Source: Podarcis vaucheri (Eukaryota). Taken from it: a stretch of 64,000 nt of DNA. Every line of letters begins with the position of its first letter. Within the stretch, counting starts at the first letter, position 1. The DNA lies in the NCBI GenBank assembly GCA_965113315.1, contig OZ220368.1; one strand, written 5' to 3'. The notes beneath the pieces were generated by a model. That model ran no database searches. It saw nothing but the letters and a program-made list of their open reading frames with translations, and was not told the origin of the DNA. The translations under genes were made by a program, and so were the position numbers. This document shows, in pieces, positions 12,901-25,292 of the stretch.

Positions 12901-15194
12901 AATGCTTTATTTAATTTTTAAAGGCTGTGAGCTGAGGCATCATGAACATAAGCTGAACTTTGCATTCTGTAGTTGCCAAAGCAGGTGAGAAAATAAACAA
13001 ATATCCTAATGTATCTACTTGCTTTACAAACTGAATGGTTTTTCTATTGAGGGGCACTGTATAACGGATGAGCCAAATAGAAAATTTAATTTCTGTTTGA
13101 GTATCTTAAAGAGGTTGCGGTAGTACTCTATACCACCTTGTGAAAAAGCAGGTCAAATATTTTTGCCTTTTTGCTACAAGCTTCCATAAGATCCAAGGTG
13201 AATGGTTTTAAATAAATTATGTGAAATATTTTCTTTTAAAGTTGAGTGGCTATGAGGGCACTTAAATAAAAAATGTTTGAATAATGTTTTTGAAATGTTG
13301 GATCTTATGGAACTTGTAGCAAAAGGCAAAAATCTTTGACCTGCTTTTTCTTCAGGTTGTGTAGATTACTATAGTAACCACAGAAATTAATTTTTATCTC
13401 TGACTCTTCAGTTGTACAGTTAAATCTGGCCATCCTAAATCTTCCCTTCAGTTGGAAAAACCACTCAGTTTGTAATAAGTTTAGACTGATACATTGAGGA
13501 CACATATGAGCCAATTTTACTTTACTACCATAACTTCAAATATAGAGTTTATATGTAATTATGAAAAATCAGATAGCATTGTCACATTTGATTGGTTTTC
13601 CTATGAAGATTTATTTTTATCCCAGCAAAGGAAGGATTTCTATTAAAACGAGGAGAGAGACTTACAATGAATAACTGTTATAGCTCCATTTGGTCTAGAA
13701 CAATGAGTGTCTAATTCAAACTAGCAAGGAATGAGTGTTAACATTTTCAAAAGCACTTTAGTGACTTTGAAGTCGAAGTTCCATTGAAGTTCTGGCTTTC
13801 TGTCACACACTGAAAGCACTTTTGTTCTCTCAGTATTTACTTGAGGGTCAGGAGAGGAAATATAAGCAGTGCTTTTAATACTTCAAAATGAAAATGCCTC
13901 TTAATGCTTTCAATAAATAAAAGGAATGGACTGGTAAAGTGGTGGTATTCTTGTTGAGCCAAATTACAAAAGGCTCAACAATGTTCACTGTGGTTGTAAA
14001 TGAGTAATATCACACATTCTGTTGTTGCTTTCAGCATTGTTCATAGTGTATACCCTTCTGTGCTCACTACCCTTTTCAACACAGCTGTGACATGCAGCTG
14101 TTACTAGAAAAAGTATAATATGACAGCTGTGTAGGCAGATGTTGAGATGTGAAGGAAACATCTCAAATTCTTCAGGGCTCATCCTGGAAAGAATTGATAT
14201 CTTTAGAGAGGATACATCAGAAAAGAGTGTGATTATTTAAAATGCTCAGGATTTTTAAAAATTCAGTATTAATGCAAATTATGGTTTCCAAATAAATAGT
14301 CAAATGAGTCACAGCATGAATCTCTCTCTACAACTAGTAACCTTTTAAATAATACTATTACTTGACTTCTCTTTCATTGTGTGGTTTGACTTGTACTTTC
14401 TTGGGCATTATTGTTTGCTTTATTCTCTGGTCAGAAGTACCTTATTCACTCTTTACCGTCTCCTTGTGATACATGGTCCTCATAACATATAACAAAAACC
14501 TCCACATAGATGGCACAATGTGAATTTTTTTTGCCTTCAGGCAGTTGGCATCGATTATTGTGCTTTCTGATCCCTGAAAGTTCTCTGATCATATGATTTA
14601 TAAACGTTTAACATTAAAAAGTAAAATCTCATCTATTCAACTTGTATCCCATTTCTCTCCCCTATCTGGTGACCCAAAGCAGTTAATACATTCCATAAAA
14701 GATGTGAAATAACCATAAAACTAACAAGATAGAATTATATAAGATCAGCAGTTATGGCCTATGGAAAATCCAGTATGCTTCTATGCATGTTCCAAGCCTT
14801 CACAAGTCTTGCTTTGAGCTAGGTAGAATAGGAATCAGAGCTTTGCCTGATGATCTCAGAGAGCAAGGAAATTAATACAATATGACTCAGAGATAAAAGT
14901 AGATCTGTGTGAATTTGTTGACCTCATAAAAGGTGAGCCACATAAAAGGTGAGATTTCACCCTAGGAACCCTGTGGGTGGAAGTCCTACACAAAGACTTC
15001 CACATATGCAGTGGGGCTCTCTCTACTGCCCCTCTCCCCACATGTCCTCCCAAAATGGGATCGGGGAGGTTGAGAGAGCCCTCAGAATAGTGCACAGTGG
15101 GAGATGAGGGAGACCATTCCATTTGATAAGCTGAAATGCTTGCGCAGGCACAATGTTTGTAACAGCATGAAGTTGAGTTCCACGGATTGCTGTT

Positions 15195-15919
15195 CTTTGA
15201 CTCAAGCTTTCTTGCTCCAGTGAGCAACTTGCCACTGAATTCCTACCCAGTTGACGTTTCTGAATCATCTCCTGAGGCAGCCTCGCGTAAAATGTGTTGC
15301 CATAATCTAACCTAGAGGTTATCAGAGCATAGACAACATAAGTTAGGCTAGCTCTGTCCAGATAGAGGCCCAGCTGGGCCATCAGGCAAAGCTGATGGAA
15401 GGCACTCCATACCACTGAGGCCACCTGAGCCTCACGCAACAGCAAAGAATTAAGAAGTAGCCCTAAGCTCCTTCAGAAGGGAGTGTAACCCTATCAAGAG
15501 CAAGCAACCTCCCATCCATCCAATCTAGGGAACCACCCACTAACAGCACCCCAGTCTTATCTGGATTCATCTTCAGTTTATTGCCCCTTATCCAGTCCAT
15601 TGGTGAGGCAAGACAATGGTCTAGCATATCCACTGCCACATCAGCACTTGTAAAGGAGAAGTAGAACTGTTTCCTTCAAAAGCCCCTTGATCTGGTCTGT
15701 AACCACCCACTCAAAAAGCTCCCAAGAAGGGGAGATTGCCCAAAAGGGCAAGATTTTCCAGTTCCAGGGAGGGCTTCTGCAGAGGAGAAAAAGTGCTGAG
15801 AGCCTAAATCTCAACAGGAAGTGATCTGGCCATGACAAGGGACAGATGTCAATATCCCCCACTTTCAGATAACTATTGGTATATTCCTCTCCAGCTGAGA
15901 AAACAAGGTCCAGAGTGTA
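15195..15919 (-). mobile_element. Old L2 relic, part 1 (RT C-terminus plus endonuclease end, internally deleted)
   Basis: Minus-strand translations EAQVASVVWSAFHQL...ALITSRLDYGN and GYTLDLVFS...LSWPDHFLLRF. Confidence 0.75.
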
Positions 15920-15922
15920 ACC

Positions 15923-17071
15923 GTCTAGAGGGGTTGGGAGCTGGGGCACTGTTATACAGTGGTTTCGCTCCTTCCTCCTGGGCCGTGTTCAGAAAGTGGT
16001 GGTGGGGGATGAGTGTTCAGACCCTTGGGCCCTCACTTGTGGGGTGCCTCAGGGTTCCGTCCTCTCCCCCATGCTTTTTAACATCTATATGAAGCCGCTG
16101 GGAGAGATCATCAGGGGGTTTGGACTGGGTGTCCATCAATATGCAGATGATACCCAGCTCTACCTTTCTTTCAAATCAGAACCAGTGAAGGCGGTGAAGG
16201 TCCTGTGTGAGTGCCAGGAGGCGGTTGGAGGATGGATGGCGGCTAATGGATTGAAGTTGAATCCTGACAAGACAGAAGTACTGTTTTGGGGGGACAGGGG
16301 GCGGGCTGGTGTGGAGGACTCCCTGGTCCTGAATAGGGTAACTGTGCCCCTGAAGGACCAGGTGTGTAGCCTGGGAGTCATTTTGGACTCACAGCTGTCC
16401 ATGGAGGCGCAGGTCAATTCTGTATCCAGGGCAGCTGTCTACCAACTCCACCTGGTACGCAGGCTGAGACCCTACCTGCCCACGGACTGTCTGGCCAGAG
16501 TGGTGCATGCTCTAGTTATCTCCCGCTTGGACTACTGCAATGCGCTCTACGTGGGGCTACCTTTGAAGGTGACTCAGAAACTACAGCTAATCCAGAATGC
16601 GGCAGCTAGACTGGTGACTGGGGGCGGCCGCCGAGACCACATAACACCAGCCTTGAAAGACCTACATTGGCTCCCAGTACGTTTCCGAGCACAATTCAAA
16701 GTGCTGGTGTTGACCTTTAAAGCCCTAAACGGCTTCGGCCCAGTATACCTGAAGGAGCGTCTCCACCCCCATCGTTCTGCCCAGACACTGAGGTCCAGCG
16801 CCGAGGGCCTTCTGGCGGTTCCCTCATTGCGAGAAGCGAAGCTACAGGGAACCAGGCAGAGGGCCTTTTCGGTGGTGGCGCCCGCCCTGTGGAATGCCCT
16901 CCCATCGGATGTCAAGGTGATGGACAACTACCTGACATTCAGAAGACATCTTAAGGCGGCCCTATTCAGGGAAGCTTTTAATGTATGATATTTTAGTGTT
17001 TTTTGGTTTCTGTGGAAGCCGCCCAGAGTGGCTGGGGAAACCCAGCCAGATGGGCGGGGTATAAATAATAA

Positions 17072-17101
<30 letters not shown>
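15923..17101 (+). mobile_element. Young L2 LINE, 5'-truncated, (TTA)n tail
   Basis: Open RT frame (GVPQGSVLSP, YADD, SRLDYCN), 3' UTR, (TTA)n tail; 3-bp acc duplication at both junctions. Confidence 0.92.
15996..16988 (+). CDS. L2 ORF2 C-terminal part (reverse transcriptase); 5'-truncated, not a host gene
   Basis: 330-aa open frame with PQG and YADD motifs. Confidence 0.8.
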   Translation: MVVGDECSDPWALTCGVPQGSVLSPMLFNIYMKPLGEIIRGFGLGVHQYADDTQLYLSFKSEPVKAVKVLCECQEAVGGWMAANGLKLNPDKTEVLFWGDRGRAGVEDSLVLNRVTVPLKDQVCSLGVILDSQLSMEAQVNSVSRAAVYQLHLVRRLRPYLPTDCLARVVHALVISRLDYCNALYVGLPLKVTQKLQLIQNAAARLVTGGGRRDHITPALKDLHWLPVRFRAQFKVLVLTFKALNGFGPVYLKERLHPHRSAQTLRSSAEGLLAVPSLREAKLQGTRQRAFSVVAPALWNALPSDVKVMDNYLTFRRHLKAALFREAFNV

Positions 17102-17104
<3 letters not shown>

Positions 17105-17540
17105 TGCATTGGGTTGATGACATGTTGCGACAGCCATATGGTTGTCATGGTGGCCATGAAGTCCTGAGCCCAGAGCTGGTCACCTTGGCATGGAAGTTGA
17201 AGTCCCCGAAACCAGTAGTTTGAGAGTCCTCAACGTTGCCTTTGAGACCAGCTCTGTCAGCTCAGGCCGGGAGACTACTGGACAGTGAGGCAGCTGCTAA
17301 ATCAGCAGAATCCCTAATCTGTCCCAAATGCACAACTCCAGGAACACTGTAGACCCCCACTCAACTGGACAGAGAGCCTGCTGCAATCTCACAATGTATC
17401 CTTCTTTGAGTCCAATTCTAATCCCTGCCATCTTATTCCCAACACAGTCATTATCTATATCTTCCTGAAGCACTGGTTGTCTATTAACCCTGCATCATAT
17501 GTTACCCCCTCCCGTCCCGTGACCGCTATAACTGCCACCC
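17105..17540 (-). mobile_element. Old L2 relic, part 2 (APE endonuclease region)
   Basis: Minus strand gives DRLGILLI...PELTELVS...LLVSGDFNFHA and joins part 1 (AGYTLDL) once the young L2 is removed. Confidence 0.7.
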
Positions 17541-18726
17541 TAGTTTTCTCACACAATGGATAAACTGCTTTGAGAGAGGTCATACTTTCCTGCTTATTTA
17601 GTATGTAAGTAGTATGCAACAACATCTATTTCCTGCCAAAGGGCAGCAGTGTGATTTCCCCCATATAGCTTTAATATGGACAAGGTTGACACGATGGAAT
17701 CCCTATCTGTAGAGTTAGTATGTCCAGCTGTGCTGAGAATTGCAAACGTTGTGTAGCATTGCGAGAATATATTAAAAGACATATTGTACACTGTCTTTGA
17801 AATGTATCTGAGATTATGCATGACTCATCTTCCCGAGTTTTAAAAATAAGAACAGGAATAAATTATAACGGCATATGGTACAAATGGATTTTGTAGTCCA
17901 TAAGGGAAAGCTCAAGATCACAATGAACGAAAACAGTAACATTCAAAGTGTGTCGTTAAAAAAATGACTGCAAGTTAAATATAATTTCTCATTAAGTATA
18001 TGAGAACCATACAAGCACAATATTGTGTCCTGTTGCTTATCTTGTCTGTTTTGTGGCTAAAGAATGCAATGGAGAAAACTTATCTTTTATCACAGTTGTA
18101 TCCTATTGTCCTCTTAGAAGCAAAATGTGGTGTGAGGGAATGGTCTCCCATTTTACCTGGTGGTGGGTAGAGCACTTCGTTGCTCAGTTTTTCTTTTGAC
18201 AGGCTGGCTTTGATTTCTCTCCGATTTACTTTTCTATTTGTTGAAGTTACCTGCTAAATTGTTAAATTGCAGTGGGAAACTTTGTCTGCATTTTACAAAT
18301 TCCCAGGCACTCTGCTTAAATACAGTTTTCACCCACACAGTTTCATTTGCACAAAAGTCATAATGGCAGAATATCAGCAGTTCCTACGTAGCTGACAATC
18401 CAAACTTGTAGTTCATAACTGGTGGCATTTCCCGAGAGAATGTCAGCAATGGCATATATATCTTTTGGTCTCACCCACTGCCACCCATTTTAACCTCTTA
18501 GTACAGATGATTGCTTGTAGGGCTTTAATAACTTGTTGATTTTTGTGGAAGCGGAACAAGAGAAAGTATTCTAGAAGAGTATGATGGAAATTAAACTGCA
18601 AATTTAACTAATCCGTGTACGAAAGCAGCAGGGAATAATGAATCCCCAGTAAAAACACCTGAAGAATACCTAATTGAAAAGCAGGGTTACAGAATTAGAT
18701 TTACCACGGAACATTCAAATGAATAG

Positions 18727-19818
18727 TGTTACAAGTTTTTTGGGGGGGAAGGGTAGGGCAAATGCCTGGGGCCCCTTCTAATTACTGGGAAATCTGAGTT
18801 AGGTTCCTGGTAAGGTGATGGGCCATTAAGGAAGTAGCTCTGTGCAAGACAGAAAATGGGTGGGGTCCCCTCCCTCAACTTGTGGGTCGTTAGACAACTT
18901 GTGGGCTCCATGATCACTGCAGATGGTGACAGCAGTCATGAAATTAAAAGTCGCCTGCTTCCTGGGAGGAAAGCAATGACAAACCTAGGGAGCATCTTAA
19001 AAAGCAGAGACATCACCTTGCCAACAAAGGTCTGTATAGTTAAAGCTATGGTTTTCCCAGTAGTGATGTATGGAAGTGAGAGCTGGACCATAAAGAAGGC
19101 TGATCGCCGAAGAATTGATGCTATTGAATTATGGTGTTGGAGGAGACTCTTGAGAGTCCCATGGACTGCAAGAAGATCAAACCTCTCCATTCTTAAAGAA
19201 ATCAGCCCTGAGTGCTCACTGGAAGGACAGATCCTGAAGCTGAGGCTCCAATACTTTGGCCACCTCATGAGAAGAGAAGATTCCCTGGAAAAGACCCTGA
19301 TGTTGGGAAAGATGGAGGGCACAAGGAGAAGGGGACGACAGAGGACGAGATGGTTGGACAGTGTTCTCGAAGCTACCAACATGAGTCTGACCAAACTGCG
19401 GGAGGCAGTGGAAGACAGGAGTGCCTGGCGTGCTTTGGTCCTTGGGGTCACGGAGAGTAAGACACGAATAAACGACTAAACAACAACAGACATAAAAAGC
19501 CAGAGTTGTGAGCAGATAGTGAAGTGATGTGAGCTAGAAGAAAAGTAGCAAGCTGGGAGAAGAGAGAGACAGAGTGATATAGATTTTTGTATGAATCCAG
19601 GGAAGCAAAACTATTGGGGAAGCAAGGCACTCTTGGGGTATTAATGTTGTGAGCCCCCCCTTCATTGTAGGTGCAGGTTATATATGTGTGTAAGTAAACC
19701 ATATATCATAAAGACACCACAGTTTCCACTGTACCTCATTCTGAAGGAAACATGAAACCTGGGTAAGTTCCTGGAACCCCTAGAACAAACTGCTCAGAGA
19801 TTGGGGTGGCATGCAACA
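18727..19818 (+). mobile_element. Probable solo LTR (TG...CA) interrupted by a BovB fragment
   Basis: Termini tgttac.../...gcaaca; TATA-like cataaaa at ~19491 and agtaaa at ~19693. No convincing TSD. Confidence 0.45.
18897..19487 (+). mobile_element. BovB (RTE) LINE, 5'-truncated 3' fragment
   Basis: Closely matches 39180-39770; (CAA)n tail; 5-bp TSD agaca; ORF 18856-19479 carries the BovB C-terminus. Confidence 0.93.
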
Positions 19819-20507
19819 GTATTCTTGGGCAAATGATGGTAGTGGCTTCTTCAATGCTATTTCATTCTTCCTATTGCTGCTTTGTCCTGGAACAGCACTG
19901 CATTTTAAACTTATCCAAAGACATATGTAATTGCTTATTTGTCTTAGCACATATGTTTTCATGCTTCAGAAAAGGCAGATTTTTTTATAGCAGTGCTGCT
20001 AGTCCTTGGAGAAGTTTGGTTGACAGTTAGAAAAATGAATAACTCTTTTAGGAGAAAATCCAAAGAAATTTTGGTCCAGTTTGCACGCAGCATTAAACCA
20101 AACCACAGCTTACTTCAGACAAACCACGAACTGTAACCAAAGTTAGTTATTGGTTTACTACTTGTGTTATGTCCAATTGTGGGTTCATGGTTTGTTTCCT
20201 CCAAACAAATCATGAGCCCACATTTAGACACAACACATTTGCACTAAGCCATGGTTTGGTTTAGTGTTATATGTGAATCAGACCTTTGTAACATTTGCTT
20301 GTGTTTGTAACTACTCCCACCCTAAACCTGCCATACCATTTAAAGATCAGCTAAGGTCCCCCCCCCCATTTAGTTTAGCAAAGGGAACTGCCCATATACT
20401 CAGCTGTTTTAGCTGTTACTTTCAAAATAATCCAGAAAGTATTGCCCCCAAAGCATTGGCTTATTAAGAAGGCATTTGAGATCCACTCAGTGACTATTTT
20501 CTGGTGT

Positions 20508-20627
20508 CAAAATAAAAAAATTCCTTCCAGTAGCACCTTAAAGACCAACTAAGTTAGTTCTTGGTATGAGCTTTCGTGTGCATGCACACTTCTTCAGATA
20601 CACTGAAACAGAAGTTGCCAGATCCTT
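20508..20627 (-). mobile_element. Mini Penelope-like element (pseudo-LTR fragment)
   Basis: 14-bp TSD ctattttctggtgt (20494-20507 / 20628-20641); carries a hammerhead core. Confidence 0.8.
20564..20601 (-). ncRNA. Minimal type I hammerhead ribozyme
   Basis: RNA GUAU-CUGAAGA-A-GUGUG-CAUG-CACAC-GAAA-GCUC-AUAC: stem I GUAU/AUAC, stem II, palindromic AGCU stem III, CUC cleavage triplet. Confidence 0.75.
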
Positions 20628-20925
20628 CTATTTTCTGGTGTGCCTGCCAGATGCATGTTGAGTTTGTTTTCTTAAGCTTTTGGTGTATACCAGTGACGGT
20701 GTACACAAAATAGGGCTGTTAATTGTACAGTATGATCTTATTTAGCATGCTTGAGATGTAGTGATCTGAATTACGCTGTATTTATTAAACATTTTGTGTT
20801 TTATACTCTGCACTCTGAATGCTGCAATATCAATGTCATACATACCCCTATGCATGGATTAGATCAGGATGGGAGAACCTTCGGCCATCCATGTGTTGTT
20901 GCACTACCAGTCTCTTCATTCTTCT

Positions 20926-21135
20926 AAATAAAAAAATTCCTTCCTGTAGCACCTTTAAAGACCAACTAAGTTAGTTCTTGGTATAAGCTTTCGTGTGCAT
21001 GCACACTTCTTCAGATACAGTGTGCATGCACACGAAAGCTTATACCAAGAACTAACTTCGTTGGTCTTTAAGGTGCTACAGGAAGGAATTTTTTTATTTT
21101 GACTATGGCAGACCAACACGGCTACCCATCTGTAA
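20926..21135. mobile_element. Mini Penelope-like element with inverted ~80-bp arms
   Basis: Arms 20926-21007 and 21019-21099; tail gactatggcagaccaacacggctacc; 11/12 TSD cttcattc(t/g)tct. Confidence 0.8.
20981..21018 (-). ncRNA. Minimal type I hammerhead ribozyme
   Basis: GUAU-CUGAAGA-A-GUGUGCAUGCACAC-GAAA-GCUU-AUAC (CUU cleavage triplet). Confidence 0.7.
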
Positions 21136-22725
21136 CTTCATTCGTCTGTTATTGTATCTGTTCATATAGTATACATTTGTTTAATCCATTTTTGATTGGT
21201 TAAGGGGCCCTTGAAACACTAACTTAGTCACGTGGCAGCTGCTTTTTATTACCATGGAGGCTTCTAGAGGCTGCTGCCTATTGGGACTGTTACAGTAAAA
21301 GGCAGAGGGATTGACAGTAGGGAGAACTAGAGCTAATGGCAAATGGAGCTTCAGATGACTTGTTAAGCCAATCCTTGACTTGGTTTAGCATGGCAGGCAA
21401 AAAAGGACCAGGGAGGAATAAGCTCCTTTTCAGGAGCCTGCACATTCATGCAATCCGACTAAACTGAAGTTTGGCTTCTGCATATCATGTGAACCAACAC
21501 AGTAATGTGTTTCTTCATCTGTGCTTAGTTTTGGTAATTCTTAACAAAAAAAGCAGCTGAGTGGTGGAGGATGGGGATTTTAAAAAACGCTTTAAACCTC
21601 TCCTCCAATGCAGAGTTCCTTCTTGAAATCACTCTGTTCACTCCCAAAGAAGTTGTTTGCAGCCCATTTTGGCATTTTTGGATGGCAAAACAGCATGGGA
21701 GGAAGGGGGTTAGCCTCAACACTGCAGTCCTCATGTGGATTCCTCCTCACCCCCACTGCCGTTGGTTAAGTAATAATGAGCTAAGACGTGCTACAATTAG
21801 TTTGGCCCAAAGGCACAACAGTGGTGCTGATCATCTAATTTGTTCTAAATAAAGCTACAGCTTGACTAAAAATATCCTTCTTTTTTCCTGAAGAATCATA
21901 ATAGTATACACATCTCTCAACCAAATCCACAGTTTTAATTCCTAAAAATAAACTGTTCATAACATAATCCATTAAATAGGTCTTGAACAATTTATTTTCA
22001 TAAATGTTTAACTTCTTAAAATTATTGCCAATAGACAATGGTACATATATGAAAAGCTATATTCAGAAAAACATTTTTTAATTAATTTCCATGAATGAGG
22101 CCCTATTAGATATTCATTCTTACAATGTTGTATTGTGTTGTGATGCACTTTGGCGAAATTAACTTGAAGAACTGCTCTTTGCAATTTTAATATTCCACTG
22201 GGTTTTCCATTCTAGAAAAACTCATTATTATACATGTACAAAGCTGAAAAGAAACAAGAGAGAGGCATATTGTGTGAATAACAGTCAAGGAAAAGAGACA
22301 GCTGGCATGATAATTTTCTAATAAAGCTTAGAAAAGGCTGCTGTGTCTTGGAGAAAAAAATGAAAGAGCTTTAATTTGAGTGTTCTCTTTGTTTGGATTT
22401 GCTTTGTACTAAAAAGTTTAGAATCTTATTCACACCTTTTATGAATGCTAACAAAAAACAAATATACCTTGTCAAAACTTTCCAGCAGCCATGTGTACAG
22501 AAAAAAGGGTGGCGGCAAGATAAAACAGGTGTCTCTCTTTGTTTGTTTGTGTACATGCAGGGGATAGGGCCTTCCTTGTACAACATGGCTTTTAAAAGAA
22601 AGATATCTTCTTTAACTCATGTCTGCATCATGAAAGCCCTGTACAGATGGCCCAAAAGGTATAGAGGTATGAAATGAAACTATATTGATTGGAAATTATG
22701 CATAGGGGCCTCTATACATATGACC

Positions 22726-22749
22726 TATGATTCTATGATTCTATGATTC
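22726..22749 (+). mobile_element. Isolated CR1 3' octamer tail (ATTCTATG)x3
   Basis: Same octamer as the CR1 tails at 29260 and 40720; flanked by a tatgacc duplication. Confidence 0.55.
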
Positions 22750-23489
22750 TATGACCCAGGCTCTAGTCCAAGCAAACAATCAGTACTTTGCCAAATGCCT
22801 GGGAATTCAGAACTTATGTTTGTAGGCACACATTTTCTGACCAATGAATGGCGGTTAGGGGCAAAGCAAACCCAGACTGTGTGTGTCCCCATTTGTGTTT
22901 TGGTCTTTGGTGGCAGGTTTGTGGTCCCACTTTCCACTTTTTGTAGTCTTTCATTTGACTGCTTTCCCCCGAAACATAGCTAGTATGCAGCCTCCTCACC
23001 AAGGAATAGGCTGTGCAATGATTTTAAGGTTCTGGAAGCAGGATGTAAAATGACACACACAGGCCTAATAAAATACAATGACTGCCAAAAAGAAGGGCAA
23101 GAAGCTGGAGGGCAGCATGTTGGCTACCCCTGCATTAGAGGTTGGTGCTTCCTCATTGCCACCTTCTCCCCACACCCACCCTGAATGAAGACATATGCTA
23201 GTATTTGGATGCAAGGTCCTTAACTTTACATTATTACTTTTTAATTCAGTGAATTTGTTATTTTATAAATACAATAGAATGGTATAAGAATACAAAAAAC
23301 CCCAGATAGAAAGTAAGTCATACTTGCAACTTTATTAATCAGTAAAGATCTGCAACAAGCACTGAATAACTAACATTCTCCACAACCGCACAGGTACCCT
23401 GTAACTCACTGGTAGCCAAGAGGTTTCACTTCAGATGCTGTGGATTCCATCTCCCATAAGCTTTAGCCAGCATGGCCATTGGTAATAGA

Positions 23490-23609
23490 CACTGCTTTTT
23501 CCCAGGGAGTACTCAACAGTACACAGTACCAGCACCTCTTTTTGTTAAAAAGAGTGGCGCTTACTGTAACAACTTCATGGTGAGTACTGACACCTAGGAA
23601 AAAGCGCTG
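23490..23609. mobile_element. Short hAT-type MITE nested in a palindromic MITE
   Basis: Termini cactgcttttt/aaaaagcgctg; 6/8 TSD. Confidence 0.5.
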
Positions 23610-24020
23610 GTCATGGACAGTGGGAGTCAAGGGTGCTAAGCACCTCCAGGCACCACATGGACTGTTGCTGCTGTAACTTGAGGAGATATGCCACTCTCTC
23701 TCAGTGTACTGGATCACACTTTATTGATCCATGCTTTTCATCATTTGCTCACCTTAAAGATGAGCTGAGGGGGCACTTGGTTGCTCCCCCTTCCCCCTGC
23801 TGGCCAGCAATTGAGATGTGAAGTTTGCTTCATACAATCAGACAAAATCCGAGGTACATGTGGGAGTCTCTTTTACATTTTCAAACATACAGCTTCAACC
23901 TTAAGATTTGTAAATGAAATCTGGGCTTCTCTGGATTTCATAATGGGAGCTGATGAACTAAACATGGAGCCTTAATGCGGTCCATGGCCACAGTTTTATG
24001 TATAGCATCCAGTTGTATGT

Positions 24021-24054
<34 letters not shown>

Positions 24055-24061
24055 CGCGCGC
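24021..24061. repeat. (TG)n(CG)n microsatellite
   Basis: Direct reading. Confidence 0.95.
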
Positions 24062-25236
24062 TCACTTCTTGGCATCCATGGATATGCCAACACTTTGCTT
24101 TGTACGTTTGTACCTTCTGCTGATAGAGCTTTTATATCCTTCAGCATCCAAATAGTTAAATGATTTTTTTCTATTATTCCTGTTCAAAAAAATACGGTGG
24201 TTATTTTAAAATGATAACATAATGCTAATTATTGTGCGGTTGGGAGTGCACCTCACAATGTTCACTTGTTAATAGATAATAAATTGTAACCTGTGAACCA
24301 CAAACCATTAGTGGATTCAATAGATTGTGAAGTACAGTTTAGAACCTTGTATTTACAAAATAGTGGTAGTTTCTATGGACCTTTTCAACACGATAACTTT
24401 GTAAAGAACATCTGAATTCCAGAAACTGCATTAAAGCATGCAGCCATCTGTGGAAGGAACCAGGACACTCAATTGAGGAGACAAATTAACCCATTAGTCC
24501 TAGTTTGATTTCCTGGAGTGTATTTGAGCAAAAAAACAGTGGAACTGACATTATCTCTGAGCCATCTCCTAGTGATGAATCTAATGAACCATCTTACACA
24601 GGAAGCTAAAATACACAGTTGGTATTGTATTGTCTTCTGTGACATCTAAAGTTTGAGTCATTTTTGTTACTGTAACTGTTTTCCTGAATTTCCTGAAATG
24701 ATGGAACAAGGCTGTGAGATCGAGTCATTTATTTGAAATATGGGGGCTTCTAGCCTGAGGGATTCTGAATTCAGAAATATCTTTGACAAACTACAAGCAT
24801 TCATCTGTCTTAAGGGTTCTACTTCAATAGAAGTGCATTGGCCTGGGCTGAAAGAGGCAAGTGATGTTCAGACATGAAATTGGGTTTGACGTTTCACAGA
24901 AACCACTTTTACTTGGAATAATAGCACAAATCCTTTCCCTGCACCTTTGCTTTTTGCCGTTGCCCTAAAATTTCTGCAGCTGTTACTGTGTTGTACACTG
25001 CTAAATCAATACTGTATATTTTTGCATCCAATTTTGAACTTTGACTTTGAATTGCTCTTTATGTTCAAGGCACAATCAAGTGAAAGCACTGCACTGACCG
25101 TAGACACTCTACCACTTATTACAGTAACCTGCATGCTGGTAGCTGAGCTAAAAGGTCTAGCAGCCTGAGTCACTGAGTGAGAATTGGCTTGATTCCTGTT
25201 TCTCAAGATTTTTATGAATTTTAGTTATTTATTTAA

Positions 25237-25292
25237 TGTGTGTGTGTGTGTGTGTGCGTGCGCGCGCGCGCGCACGCACACACACACACACA
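25237..25292. repeat. (TG)10-CGTG-(CG)6-CACG-(CA)8 compound microsatellite / palindrome
   Basis: Direct reading; 25241-25292 is self-complementary. Confidence 0.95.
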
